The translations under genes and the position numbers were made by a program. A stretch of 32,790 bases of DNA from Folioceros fuciformis (taxonomy: Eukaryota), in the NCBI GenBank assembly GCA_049999805.1, contig JBNGIO010005932.1, forward strand, positions 1 through 32,790, given 5' to 3'. Under the pieces are notes generated by a model. It saw nothing but the letters and a program-made list of their open reading frames with translations, was not told where the DNA came from and did not search any database. Positions 19,155 to 30,856 of the stretch are shown here, one piece after another (the first letter of the stretch is position 1; each line of letters opens with the position of its first letter).

Positions 19155-21010
19155 ATGGCTGCGCCTGATTTAGCGTTCGTTGAAGATAGGCAGCGACGGG
19201 AAGAAGTATCAAGACGTGCTCCGAGAGGGAAGCGTGATGCAGCAGCCGGTGCCTTTTACAGTCATGATTTTGATTGGGAGTCCCTTTGTGCGGAAGTCGA
19301 GAGCAAGGGCTTCCATGAAAGTAGGCAATCGCGCTCTGGCTCGCTTCGTCACGTGCCTTCCATGTGTGTGCTCGCCGTCGCTGAATTTGACTGTTTGACG
19401 TGAGCTGCACTCTGAGAGAAGTGAGCGTGTACTCAGGCACTGACAGCATGGAGATAACAGCTGAGGAAGACAACACTAGTGAGGAGCTTTTGAGGTCAAC
19501 AGCGTGGGAAGCATTTTACAGGCGTCATTCCAATGCTCTGTTCTTTAAGGTGGAAAAGAACCCGTCACTGTGATGTAGTTCTGGTACATGTGGGTGTGCC
19601 TCTTACCGGGTTATGCCCACTGGTGTTGAGCAGGAACGGAGGTATCTGCTGAAGGAATTTCCTGAGCTGAACAACGCAGCAAACCCCCTTTCAGTTCTTG
19701 AGATAGGATGTGGAACTGGTGGCTCCGTGGTTCCGATCCTGCGGTAGGCAAGTATGTTATGTGCTGCTGTTGTGAGTTTTCAGATGTTTCTGTTCCTTAG
19801 AACAGGGAAGGTGCGTGAGGTTAGCCTGTTCCACAGGCGAGCCTCACGCAGACTTGGTTCCCACTTCCAGAGTCTTACAGACATGGATGCTGTTGGCCAG
19901 GGGTAATGATTCTGCCCATGTTTATGCCTGCGACTGCAGTCCAGCTGCTTTGGAAAAGGCCACGGCCGTGGTTCGCAATGAAGCCGGTCTTCTTAACCAG
20001 CAAAGCAGCCGGTTCTTTCCATTTTGTTGTAACCTCTGTGTCCAACAGCTTCCTAGCTGGCTCTGTTGCAGTGCTTGCCAGGCCTCCTTTCAGATGCCAC
20101 CTGTCGCATTTTTGCCGCACGGTGTGGAAGTTCAACAGCCCAGATGTAAGGAGGTTGCCTTGTTACGTTGCCAGACAAAAGGGTCAGGTCAGTCTCCACA
20201 ATCAGCTGTCATGGCAGCAGAAAATTCTGCTGAAGGCTCACAAGGGGAGAAGGAAGGAACTCAGCCTGTAGAAGTGACAACTTATGTACCTCCGTGTGTT
20301 CAGCAGGGCACAGTATGTTGCCTTGGAGGAGTTGATATAGTTACCATGGTAAGCTTGCTCTCTCTCCATGGTTGTCAAGACTGCGGACCCCCTTTCTGTT
20401 GCTAATGGACTTACGTTGATTTACCCTTTGCGAGAGCAGATTTTCACTTTGTCTGCCATGCGTCGGGAGAGTATGCCCTTTGTCTTGAAGGAAACATTTA
20501 GAGTTATGAAGCCCGGAGGACAACTTTTCTTTCGAGACTATGGTAAGCTGACCAATGCTTTCGTCTCATGCATGCTTACCACGCAGTGGCCTGACTTTGT
20601 CACAAGTCCAGGAGGTGCAGTTTCCTTGTTTCTTTATTTAAAGTAGTCACGTCGTTCTCGGTTTCAGGTTTGTACGACATGACGATGTTAAGATTTCCCG
20701 CGTCTCAAAGGATTGGGAGCTGTCTATATCAACGCATAGATGGGACTCTATGCTACTATTTTTCATGCGAAGCTCTTAGAGACCTAGCGACTGGTGCTGG
20801 CCTTGTTGAGGTGAGATGTGGGCAGTCATCTGGTGGCATTTTGGTGTTTGTTGCTTTCATAGTTCCTGATTACATCGCCGGCGTTCACAGGAGGAACTCT
20901 ACTTCTGCTGTGTGCAGTTGATGAACCGCAAAACACAAAGTCCGATGAAACGTGTCTGGATTCATGGCAAATTTCATAAGCCAGCATCGGCGGTAGAACA
21001 ACCATGCTGA
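19155..21010 (+). CDS. tRNA N3-methylcytidine methyltransferase, METTL6/METTL2 (Trm140) family, ~400 aa; exons 19155-19320, 19437-19549, 19634-19743, 19901-20348, 20440-20542, 20668-20810, 20891-21010
   Basis: Motifs include AWEAFYRRHSNALFFK|ERRYLLKEFPEL, SAM motif I VLEIGCGTG, VYACDCS, IFTLSA, KPGGQLFFRDYGLYDMTMLRF, YQRIDGTLCYYF and NRK...MKRVWIHGKF. Introns are GT-AG and in phase. Confidence 0.93.
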
Positions 21011-21262
21011 TGAGAGTCTGTGAGTTCTTGTGTCAGATGCCTTGTAAGACGTTCCACATTCCCGATCTCTTGGATAAAGCTGCCCTTGTGCTTATGGGGC
21101 TCCGTTCGGTTTCAGTGCCTATATGTTTTCCACGTGCTGTACCTATTTTGTTGTGTTTGTGATGGCATCTTCACATCCGGTTTGGCGCTGGCGTACTGTT
21201 ATTCACGCGGATTCGCTCGTCGAGTAGGTTTCACAGGGAGGGTGTCGCATAGCTTGCAAATT

Positions 21263-24200
21263 TTACAGCCGGACTGTTGTTAACAGTTCTACCACCTCTT
21301 TCATGCTGGGCCTATCTCGAGGATTCTCTCGGGTACACAACAACGCTATCTTGAAGACCAAGGCCATCTCGTGTTGATGCGCAGAGTGGTCCCTGCTGCC
21401 ATCAACTTCAAATAGACGGGGATCCAGGATCTTGATTGGACCCCTCCGCGAAGCACCCGATGTAGAGGCAGCCTCAGCGTAATCTGATGCCCAGCCCACA
21501 ATGTTCACTCCCTTCTCGATGAAGCTGGTGTCCATGGGCGTCTTGCCCGTCAAGAGCTCGAACAGGACTACCCCGAAGCTGTATACATCACTACGATCTG
21601 TGATCTTCATAGTGAAACAGTACTCTGGTACAAAACAAGTCCCAGGCATGAGTCAGTTCGTAGCCAACGTTGGAGGAAGAGATGAGGGGGAGATGAGGAG
21701 GACTTTTACCAGGAGCAATATAGCCATAGGTGCCTGCGATGCTCGAGAATGTTGCAGCGCTCCTCTCAGGGTCTGTTTCGATAAGTTTGGCTATTCCGAA
21801 GTCGGTGACCTTAGGTTCCATATTTGCATTCAGTAATATGTTGTTGGACTTGACATCGCGGTGAACGATAGTGGGCCGGCAATCGTTGTGACAATAAGAA
21901 AGTGCCTGCGCTGTTCCCAGTGCTATCTTGAATCTGCGTCGGGTGCATTCGATCATGTTAGAACGTCACACTCAGAGGCTAGTGCCAGAATTCGGAGTTG
22001 GATAAAGTTGGTACCGTGCATCCCAATCCAGATGCTTGATGCCGATTTCTGAGGGCTTGCCATGAAGAAGATCACCAAGACTGCCGTTAGGCATGTACTC
22101 GTAGATGAGGTAGCTCACATCTCCAGCCCTGGAGAAGCCTAGCAGCTTTACGATAGACTTGTGCCTGATCCTTCCCGCAGTCTTGATCTCAGTCATATAG
22201 CTCTCGTACATGGCTAAGGCGGCTCTGGAACTGCTGGCTGCACTGCCGAGTCGTATCTTCTTCACCGCTACGACGTCCTCTGTCTGTGGCAAGACAATCC
22301 TGTAGACTACGCCGGAAGCTCCTTGTCCCACAATGTTATCGTCAGTGAGCTGTTTTGCGACTTCCCCGATGAGGTGCGGAGGGATGGCTTGGGTGAAGCT
22401 GAAGGCGACCTCTTTCTCTTCCGATGACAACCCGTTCCAGCTTGAGGGTTTGAGCAGCACGCCTCTGGAGTAGCATCCTCCTCGGATGCAAGCCACAATG
22501 CAGACGACGAGGCCAAGCAACAGAATGCAGCAACCCAATATGATGCCCACCAATGCACCCGTACTTAATCTGGAAGCACAAAAGACGGACAGCCTGGATG
22601 TGAGCAAGGCTGCCTTTGTGCTAATTGAGTGTGAATTTGGAACGATCAAAAGCAGCAGATGGCTAGGTGCTGAGATGAACCTGTTATGACTTGAGGGAGC
22701 TGAAGGAGCTGAAGGAGCTGAAGGACATGGAGGTGCATCACACAGCGGTCGCAAGGCACCACCACTGAGGCCAGGGTTCCCCACAAATGCGGAGGAGCCA
22801 AACCTGGAGGAGTTCGAGGGAAGAGAGCCACTGAGGTCGTTGTAGGATACATTCAGGTTCAGGAGACTCGGTGAATCGACAAGTGCTTGAGGAACTTGTC
22901 CTGTACGAGCATTCGGCTAATTAGCACAAAGGTACACTCAAATTGCGTGGGATCATACGTGCTGTGTGTTCGTACCGGAAAAGTCGTTGTAGGACAGATC
23001 CAACGACTCTAAACGCAAACTGCTCCCGAACGCAAGCGGAATTGCTCCTGGAAGTGCAACCAAAAAGGTCAGTATGATGAATCCTAGCATTTATACAGTG
23101 AGTTAGACATTCCCACAGAGGTAGACCCTATGAAGATAGAAGGCACACCCGATAGATTGTTGTGGGATAGATCCAAGTCCCTAAGACTCAGCATTTGAAC
23201 AATTGCGTCAGGTATTTCTCCTGCAAACTCATGCGACCTGAGGAGGTCAGGACAGCGAAGTAGTGCCAGCTTTTCGGAACTACCCTCACAAAGAAGTCTG
23301 AAAGGCAGTAGTTAGCACACGAGCACCACCTGTGATAGCATTGTTGGAGAGGTCAAGGTCCACAAGAGCTGTCAGCTTTTGTAGCAATGTCCTTGGGATT
23401 GTTCCTGACAGTTGGTTGAAGCTAAGATTTAATCCGATTTGCAGAGTTGATGGAAGCTGGGCAGGTAGAGGCCCACTGAGCTCATTTCCAGCCAGACTCA
23501 GTTGAAGGAGCTGCTCGAAGAAGCGAATTCCAGGACAGCAGATTAGTATGGCTGTCAGCCCAAATCAAAAGATCCATACTGTTAGGATCCAACCGTGCAA
23601 AGATAGACATGATCACCTTCTGCAGACCACCAAGTTGAGCTGGAATGCCATCGGAAAACAGATTGTCGTGCAGGAGCAGGATATCCAAGTTTTGAAGATT
23701 ACCAAGTTCTCCCGGGATATTGCCGTCGAAGGAGTTCTTGCTAAGATCGAGCGTCACCAAGCCAGTGCAGTTTCCTATCTCTTTCGGGAGCTCTCCCGCT
23801 AGGGCATTTCCTGAGATGTTGAAAAAGCCCAAGTTTTTGAGTCGCTGTATCTCAGGAGGAAGGGTCCCGTTCAGGTTGTTGCCCTCTAGTGTAAGCCTTG
23901 TAAGGTTTGAAGCCTGGGTGAGAGAAACCTGGAACGGGCCAGTTATCCTGTTTCTGTCCAGCTCCAGGTAGTTCAAGGCGGGGAGACGACTCCCAAAGTC
24001 TGAGGGTATGCCTCCTTCCAACGAGTTGCCCCCCAGATTGACCCGGTACAGCGACGAACAGTTGGACAGCTCGGGGGGAATAGTGCCATTGAGCTGGTTG
24101 TCACTGAGGGTCAGGTTGATGAGCATTCCTTTCGCACACAAGGTGCCAGGAATAGGACCCTCCAGTAGGTTGCTGTCTAACGAAAGGGCTGACAAGGGAC

Positions 24201-26712
24201 AATTCTTTCCCAAATCTGCAGGGATTCCTCCAGACAGCTGGTTTGCACTCATCAAGACGACTTGTAGCGATGTCATGTTTGCTAGGCTAGGTGGGATAGG
24301 CCCTGCCGTTAAAAAGATACACAAATCAACATGAAACTGCAAACTCCTCAACTGAAAATGGGGAAGCCAGTGGAGTGGAGTACACAACTTACCTGAGAGA
24401 TTGTTGTCGCTCAGGAACAGATAGTTGAGGACGGTACAGTTGGCCAGAGAGTCGGGTATGGGGCCTGTCAAATTGTTGGTCCACAGAATCAGAAATTGAA
24501 GGTTCTGCAGTTTCCCAAGCTCAGGAGGTATGGTTCCTGTCAGTTGATTTTTGTACAGATTGATGATTTGAAGACTCTGTAAGTCACCGAGTTGGGGGGG
24601 AATCGGTCCGGAGAGAAGGTTGTCGTAAAGGTTCAAGCCCGTAAGGTCTGCAAGGAAGACATCGCGTGGCACAACCTTTTACGGGAGGTCTCCAACAAGG
24701 CGGCACATGAGATCATCCGAGAAGCAGAAGGACATGACAAGGCACAACCTCATGAAGAAACTCACTTTGCAGGCTGCCTAGAGATGGTGGAATGCTGCCT
24801 GTCAACTGGTTCCCAGACAGATCTAAGTAGACCAACTGCGAGCAGTTCCCCAGAGACGCTGGAATCGTGCCAATGATCTTGCCGTTGGAGTTACATTCGA
24901 ACTGTAGCAAAGACGCGGCATTCCCAATTTCCGAAGGAATGATGCCTTCAAGGTCGTTTGAAGATACATCCAGGGCTAACAGCATGCTACCTTTTCCAAA
25001 AAGCTCAGGCGGAATGATGCCTGTGAGCTGATTCGCAACAAGAGACAAAGTAGTGAGAGTCTGGAGGCTGCCGAGCTCGGGAGGTATTGCTCCAGTGAGT
25101 TGGTTACCGCCAAGAAATGCGCTGGTAAGGTACTGCAGACGAACATAAACATTTTTGTTAGGATCTGTTGTTTCCAACCAGAGAAGAAGAAAGGTCGGCA
25201 GAGAATTCGGCTTACAGGGAAGTTTGGTAGCAATGAGAGATCCCCTGTGAAGGAATTGGAAGAAATATCGAACTGCGTTAACGAAGTAAGACCACTTAAA
25301 GTAGCTGGCAGAGGGCCACTTAATTGGTTCGAACCGACAACTAAGTTCGTGAGCTGTTTAAGGTTCCCGTACTCAGATGGAATTCCTCCTGTGAGGCTAT
25401 TCTGTGAAACGTCCAGAACCTGGTGAAAATTCAGGGGTGAGATGTCTGCCATAGGGAGCTCATATCGTGATTTCCCACGGAAGAATACCCCACACCATGG
25501 TACCTGGAGTTTGGACAGTTTTCCAAGTGATACGGGCAGGTTGCCATTGAGGGCACAAGAAAATAGGGTAAGCTCTTGCAGCTGCGATAGGTCTCCCAAC
25601 TCTTCCGGAATCGGACCTGAAAGAGTAAGATACAAGGATTCAGCATTCTTCGGAGTGCTGGAGCAACTGAATGGACCAGAAGCCTGGAAGCTTCATGGAT
25701 ATTGAAGACATTCAACGTGGTGAAATGTGTAACGCTCGTCTGGACTGCACTGCCAGCGCCAGATTTAGACTATGCAGCAAATAGCATCAAGTACCTGTCA
25801 AGAGATTGGTGTCCAGATAGAGGATGGTCAGATTTTTGCATCGGCCAAGGTCCTTGGGGATGATTCCATCTAGCTGATTCTCGTACAGGATCAGCTGCTG
25901 CAAGCCCGTCAGATTGCCGAGCTGTGGTGGGACAGATCCTGTAACCACAATTTCGAGAAACGGGATGAGCCAACGGAATCGCAGCCCTCACCTGAGACTG
26001 CTGTAAGGCCTTCTTCACCTTCAAGTCCGTTGTGACTAAGGTCGAGCGTTAAAAGATTGCTCAGGTTTCCCAGCTCAGGTGGAATAGACCCAGAAATGAC
26101 ATTGGTCCCAAGGATCAAATACTGAAGCAGACTAAGCCGTCCAAGTACTGGTGGGATGGGACCTGCATGCCCAGAGCGGTAAACTAAAATTACCAGCATG
26201 CGGATGGCAGACACGTGGAAGTGTATGGAAGGGCTTCGTTTCCTATCCCGCTACGCTCATCACAATCGGATAGCTGAAGACCCAAATTTCCGCCGGGTAC
26301 CTGAGACGTTATTGCTAGACAAGTCTAGCTGTTTCAAGGCTTTGCACTGTGCTAAATCCGCCGATATTTGGCCCACGAGAAAGTTGTTTGACAAGCTGAG
26401 ATTCTGAAGGGCGGGCAGCCTGGCAAAGCTGGAAGTAGTAAGATTGCCCACAAGTTGGGCTTTCGACAGTTGCACAGACACCACCTGCTTCTGTCCGTTG
26501 CAGCCCACTCCGTTCCACTTGCAAGGGGTGGCATCTGATTTCTTCCAGTTGGCCACCGCGCCCAGAGGATCAATTGTGATCCCTTGCTTGAAGCTAAGCA
26601 AGCTGAGTCCATCCCGGGACAATCCTGTGGCTGGGGGCAAGTTGTTGGCGAGCAGAAGCAGGACCCAGAGGACCAGCACCCAAGGGCTGATGAGCCCATA
26701 TGACCGTGGCAT
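21263..26712 (-). CDS. LRR receptor-like kinase (RD kinase, subfamily XI-like), ~1336 aa, 15 exons: 26712-26301, 26162-26019, 25938-25795, 25616-25504, 25419-25216, 25132-24766, 24647-24393, 24302-23617, 23510-23330, 23220-23149, 23047-22976, 22900-22681, 22569-22015, 21933-21710, 21624-21263
   Basis: Signal peptide [22 protein letters not shown] and N-cap CKWNGVGC precede many 24-aa plant LRRs. These are followed by a C-cap GNPGL and a TM segment [25 protein letters not shown]. The kinase has [25 protein letters not shown] and [11 protein letters not shown]. Exon lengths sum to 4011 nt, in frame. Confidence 0.95.
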
Positions 26713-28639
26713 GGTGCTCAGGCTCACGTTGAGGCACCACCTCAGAGTCGATCACACCGCTGTCTCAATGCGCCTGTTGAATGCAAAGGACTCAAACTTT
26801 CACGACAGCGGTTCCCAATCGGCCCCAGCATCGTAGTGGGTGGCTTGCAAGCCAAGAGGCGATGGAAACGGGCACACAGTGAACAGCACCCGAACTCGTG
26901 CACCTCGCGGAGCTTTTTGCATCAGCTTCATGAGAGAGGGCTCGTCCAGTAGGCAAAACCCCTGCACCCTTCAGCACAGTCCGGGAGCTCAGGATGCGAC
27001 AACGAAAACTTCGAGCATCGACAGCGGACGGGACTTGATATGCCCTGGTTCCCTTGCCCCTTCCTATTTTTTTGGAGTGGGTTGCAGTAGAGCCTGATGG
27101 ATGAATCACGCCGATTGACCCGCCCTGGACGGTGGTCCGTCGGGGCATGCGGACAAGGAAGGCCAGCCAGAGACCACTGACCGCCCTGCTCCTATCCAGT
27201 GCCGACCGTCGCATTTTGCGGCCATATACTGTACTGACCTGCGTTCACACTAACACCTTCTAGTGAATACCGACACTGCCGGAGTTGGTCTTCCGGTCAA
27301 GGTGCTCCGCCACAGTCATGTCCATTTCTGGCGAATGAGAGACAGGACCGACAACGCGCAATGGCCGCATCTGGTCAGGTTGAATTTGAAAACGAGTTTC
27401 CACCTGTTTCTCGAAATTCCCTCCCTACGGCCGTGAGCCCACGCTTAAGCGTTAAGTGTCCACTATATCCGTCGTGGCAGAGGTTGCGATAAAAAATGCC
27501 TGCAGCTCGTCACGTGTGGGAAAGGTAGAAAAGATGTTGACTTCCACGGACTTCAAGATCCCATCGGACCTGGACTGCCGGGCACCAACAATGCAGCCAT
27601 ACCATGTGCAAGCTGGTCATCCTATTGGCATCAGGAGGAGGCCGACTTCCGCAATCCCGGTGCTTATTCAAATAAAAGGCAGACCCTAAGGCACATGATG
27701 CAATGCTGAGGATGGCAGGAAAAGCACGTGCATGATGTGGAGTCGGAAAAAGTGCCACTTTCACCCTGATATGAAGGTCTCGTGGGAAGCTTCGCGAGCT
27801 TTCGAACCGTTCAACTGCTTAGAAGCTGAAAGGCTGATAAGCCTGTTTGATTTCTGGCCTGGCAGGAATTAATGTGACACGAAAAGTCCAGCAGCGTTTG
27901 GCACAGGGTCGTCGTCCTGCAACACTGAAATCCAGCAGCAGCATCTTACCAGCTACTAATCTCCTATAGCGTAATACTTGACAACGAAATCTCGTGCTCT
28001 CATTCATGGCGGTCGATAGAAACCAAGCAACCAGTCAATTGCCTGCGCGGACTTTCTAAGTCATTTCGCCCAAGTGGCACAAATTCGATCTGGTGTCACC
28101 CGTCCGGTTTGCGTCTGGGCTCAAGCAGCAAGCTTTCTTCTATAGCCAGGCAAAATTGTAGTGCTAAAGGATTGGGTGAAAGCAGCTGCAAAGCAGCGTT
28201 GACCTGTGGCCAATGGCGTCAAGTCCCTCATGATATGTTCTCTTGACTTCAAAGACAAGAGAATTTGCAAGGGAGAGACTTATGTTCATCACATTGTCAT
28301 TAGACTAGTATATGTATGTCCTCACTTTCGACAATCTAACCAAAAAGCTCATCACAACAATGCCTTGATGTCCGCATTGGCATGTCCAATGATCGTGAAG
28401 CGGAGCGTGGAGATTGGAGAATGCATTGCACTCAAAATCAGCTCACAAATCGCAAATTGATGTGGAGCCCTACGATACAAACGGTAATAATACGTGTTCC
28501 TGTAGACAGCTTCCTAATCTGTGTGTCTTACTTTGAAGATTTCCTTTTACACTTGGAAGTCGGTCACCATACAAACTCGCACGATGCAGAGCCTGAACAT
28601 CCTACCGAAGAAGGAGAGGCCGATCTGCACGATGCGGAG

Positions 28640-29374
28640 CTAAGGGTCCCGCTGCCCAGTTGAAGGATAGACAGGTGGCGGCGGCGGGGCTGTGCCTTTA
28701 CGAGGAATGGTAGTTTCGACTGGTGGCGTAGAACTTGGAATGGGCGAGGACGATACTCGGAGGGCACGACGCTCCGAGGTCTGGAAATTCTGCATTCAGT
28801 ATACAAACATCAAGCAAAGCAAGTTACACATTGACTAGCAACAAACAAAACTTGCAGTGTGCGTTGATGCTATTGCACGTTGCAAGCCGGAAGCTACTTG
28901 CAAGTTGCAATAGCATCAACGCAATTGCTGCTGCGCTTCGCGCGGACGTTGGGTTGTTCATGCTCACCTTAGAAGTTGGAAGTTGCAAGGTGTCTGGCAG
29001 GGTGGCCCCATTGCTGTCTCTGCCAGATCCGGAAGTGCTGCTATCCTTCATGCTCTCTTGTAGGGGCTTCTTGCTGTCTGTCAACCAGCCCATACCCAAC
29101 AGTTAGCAAAACTGTAACAATTTGTTGTACAAGATTACGACGTGACCGATTGATCAAGAGTCTACGTGTTTGCCAATGCCTTACCAAGTGACATCGTATT
29201 GAGCAAACATTCGGAGCATAAGAGATTAGAAGTCATTACGATGACAACCAACCAATGCCGCAGTGGAATTACAACCTCATACCCTCTCCACAGCCGGAGA
29301 GTCCTAGGAGCGTTGCAGGTCGACATGTTTGCAAGAAGAAAGACAGCCCAAACTCTGCCAACCTTCCAAGCCAT
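28640..29374 (-). CDS. Candidate small secreted peptide precursor, ~115 aa; exons 29374-29283, 29073-28968, 28789-28640
   Basis: Donors are GG|GTATGA and AAG|GTGAGC, acceptors are CAG, and a CTAAC branch-like motif is present. The spliced product has a signal-peptide-like N-terminus, a Ser/Thr-rich spacer and a Pro-rich C-terminus IPRKGTAPPPPPVYPSTGQRDP*. Choice of the exon 2 acceptor is uncertain. Confidence 0.5.
28860..28923. repeat. Inverted repeat/hairpin, 27-bp arms (2 mismatches), 10-nt loop
   Basis: TGCGTTGATGCTATTGCAcgTTGCAAG (28860-28886) pairs with CTTGCAAgtTGCAATAGCATCAACGCA (28897-28923). Confidence 0.9.
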
Positions 29375-30745
29375 TTGAAGGTGTGCAGTCGACAGGAATA
29401 GCGCGTTCAAGACGGAGCACGTGCTTGTCCCTGCTTCGGGACGCTGTTTGACCATCCAGCGACTCTTGAAATTTTCAGAAATCAGGATTTGACAGCGTCA
29501 TGCACAAGCAAATATAGATTGGATCCCTCTAGCCGATCAGCATAGTCGAATCGTGAGTTGGACTTGGCAAGCTAGAGGGCCCCGATCCAGAAACTTGGAC
29601 TTGGCAAGCACGAGAAGTTATTAGGAAGTCGGTCATTATCAAAACCAGAGACGATCAAGGGAGTATGAACAGCCTGTAAGACGTGGTTCCTTTGTGGAAG
29701 CACGTAAGCTAGTTTGTAAAAGGTTACCGACGTTCTTGGTCCATGTTTCCCACCTGCCGGTTTGGTCCCCCTTCGCCTGCTGCCCCTTTCTGGATTGGTT
29801 TCCGTGTCACAGGTAGATGCGATTTTCCTACAATAAAGTTTTCCTGATTTCCCATCTATTCATCGAATGTTGTTGTCCGATGCCTTCTAGCTATTTGGAC
29901 CTTGGCCTTTTGTTTAAGGGTCATATAATCTGTTGGACTGAAGTAGTGAGCGCTTCATTTCGAATACAAACTCCTTCCCCAAAGCTGCCAATTATTGCCG
30001 CTGTGTGCAAAACAGCCTGCAAAGGCTTGACAGAAAGGCTGTCCGGGCTGCCTCCCCCAGGCCATTCCTCGTACCGATCCCTTTATGAGTAATCGAGACG
30101 TGGCCGTTCTGCAACCACACACCACGCTGGCCAGGTCATAGCCCCGTCTCAAATTTGTCCTGCATTCGCACTTTTGACGTTACCCACCGGCGGGGGGTAG
30201 CTTCGAGGCAAATGTCTGTGGCTTGTGACTATCTGACATGCTAGTGGGATTCCAGCCCTAGCGCTTACGCTTGGGTTCCTTATGACGGCGCCCAGGTTTA
30301 CCACCGATTTTACCAAGAGTGACTTCGAAAGCTGGCTTGCGATCAGCAAAGGCTTGTAGAACCCGGTGACCGGCTTTAGGGCCCAGCTCGGGACAAGTTA
30401 GAGTTTGCAACGTTTGGAAAGATTCGTGTTCATCCTTCTGTCAAACATCAGTCTATCCTCACCCTCCTCCTTGCAGGCTAGGCAGCATGACCATATACCC
30501 GAATAGCTCGGGAAAGCACTGCCCTAATGTCCATTGTTTCCTACATTTCTGAAAGTTTGCAGAAGGAACGTCCGCATATTGCCCACGTTTGTGAAGCAAC
30601 GTACGAGAATGGCGTACAGGCATACAAACTTGCGCTGTCATCAGATTTTCGTGCTCACACATCAGCGATCCTCACAGCGTTCAGCCTCATCATGTTCCCT
30701 CGTCGCTCTCTCTCGTTTATATGCACATCCTTACCGTGTCTTACG

Positions 30746-30856
30746 TGCTTTTTTAGGCATTTATCACACTATAAATCACTGAAGGAACCGTCCCTTCCAT
30801 GCTTTTTTAGGCATTTATCACACTATAAATCACTGAAGGGACCGTCCCTTCCATGC
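30746..30856. repeat. Tandem duplication, 2 x 54 bp (1 mismatch)
   Basis: TGCTTTTTTAGGCATTTATCACACTATAAATCACTGAAGG(A/G)ACCGTCCCTTCCA starts at 30746 and at 30800. Confidence 0.95.

Noticed and set aside
29933-29943. TTGGACTGAAG, the 5' half of miR319
   Set aside because: Only 11 nt match, the rest diverges, and no star arm is visible.
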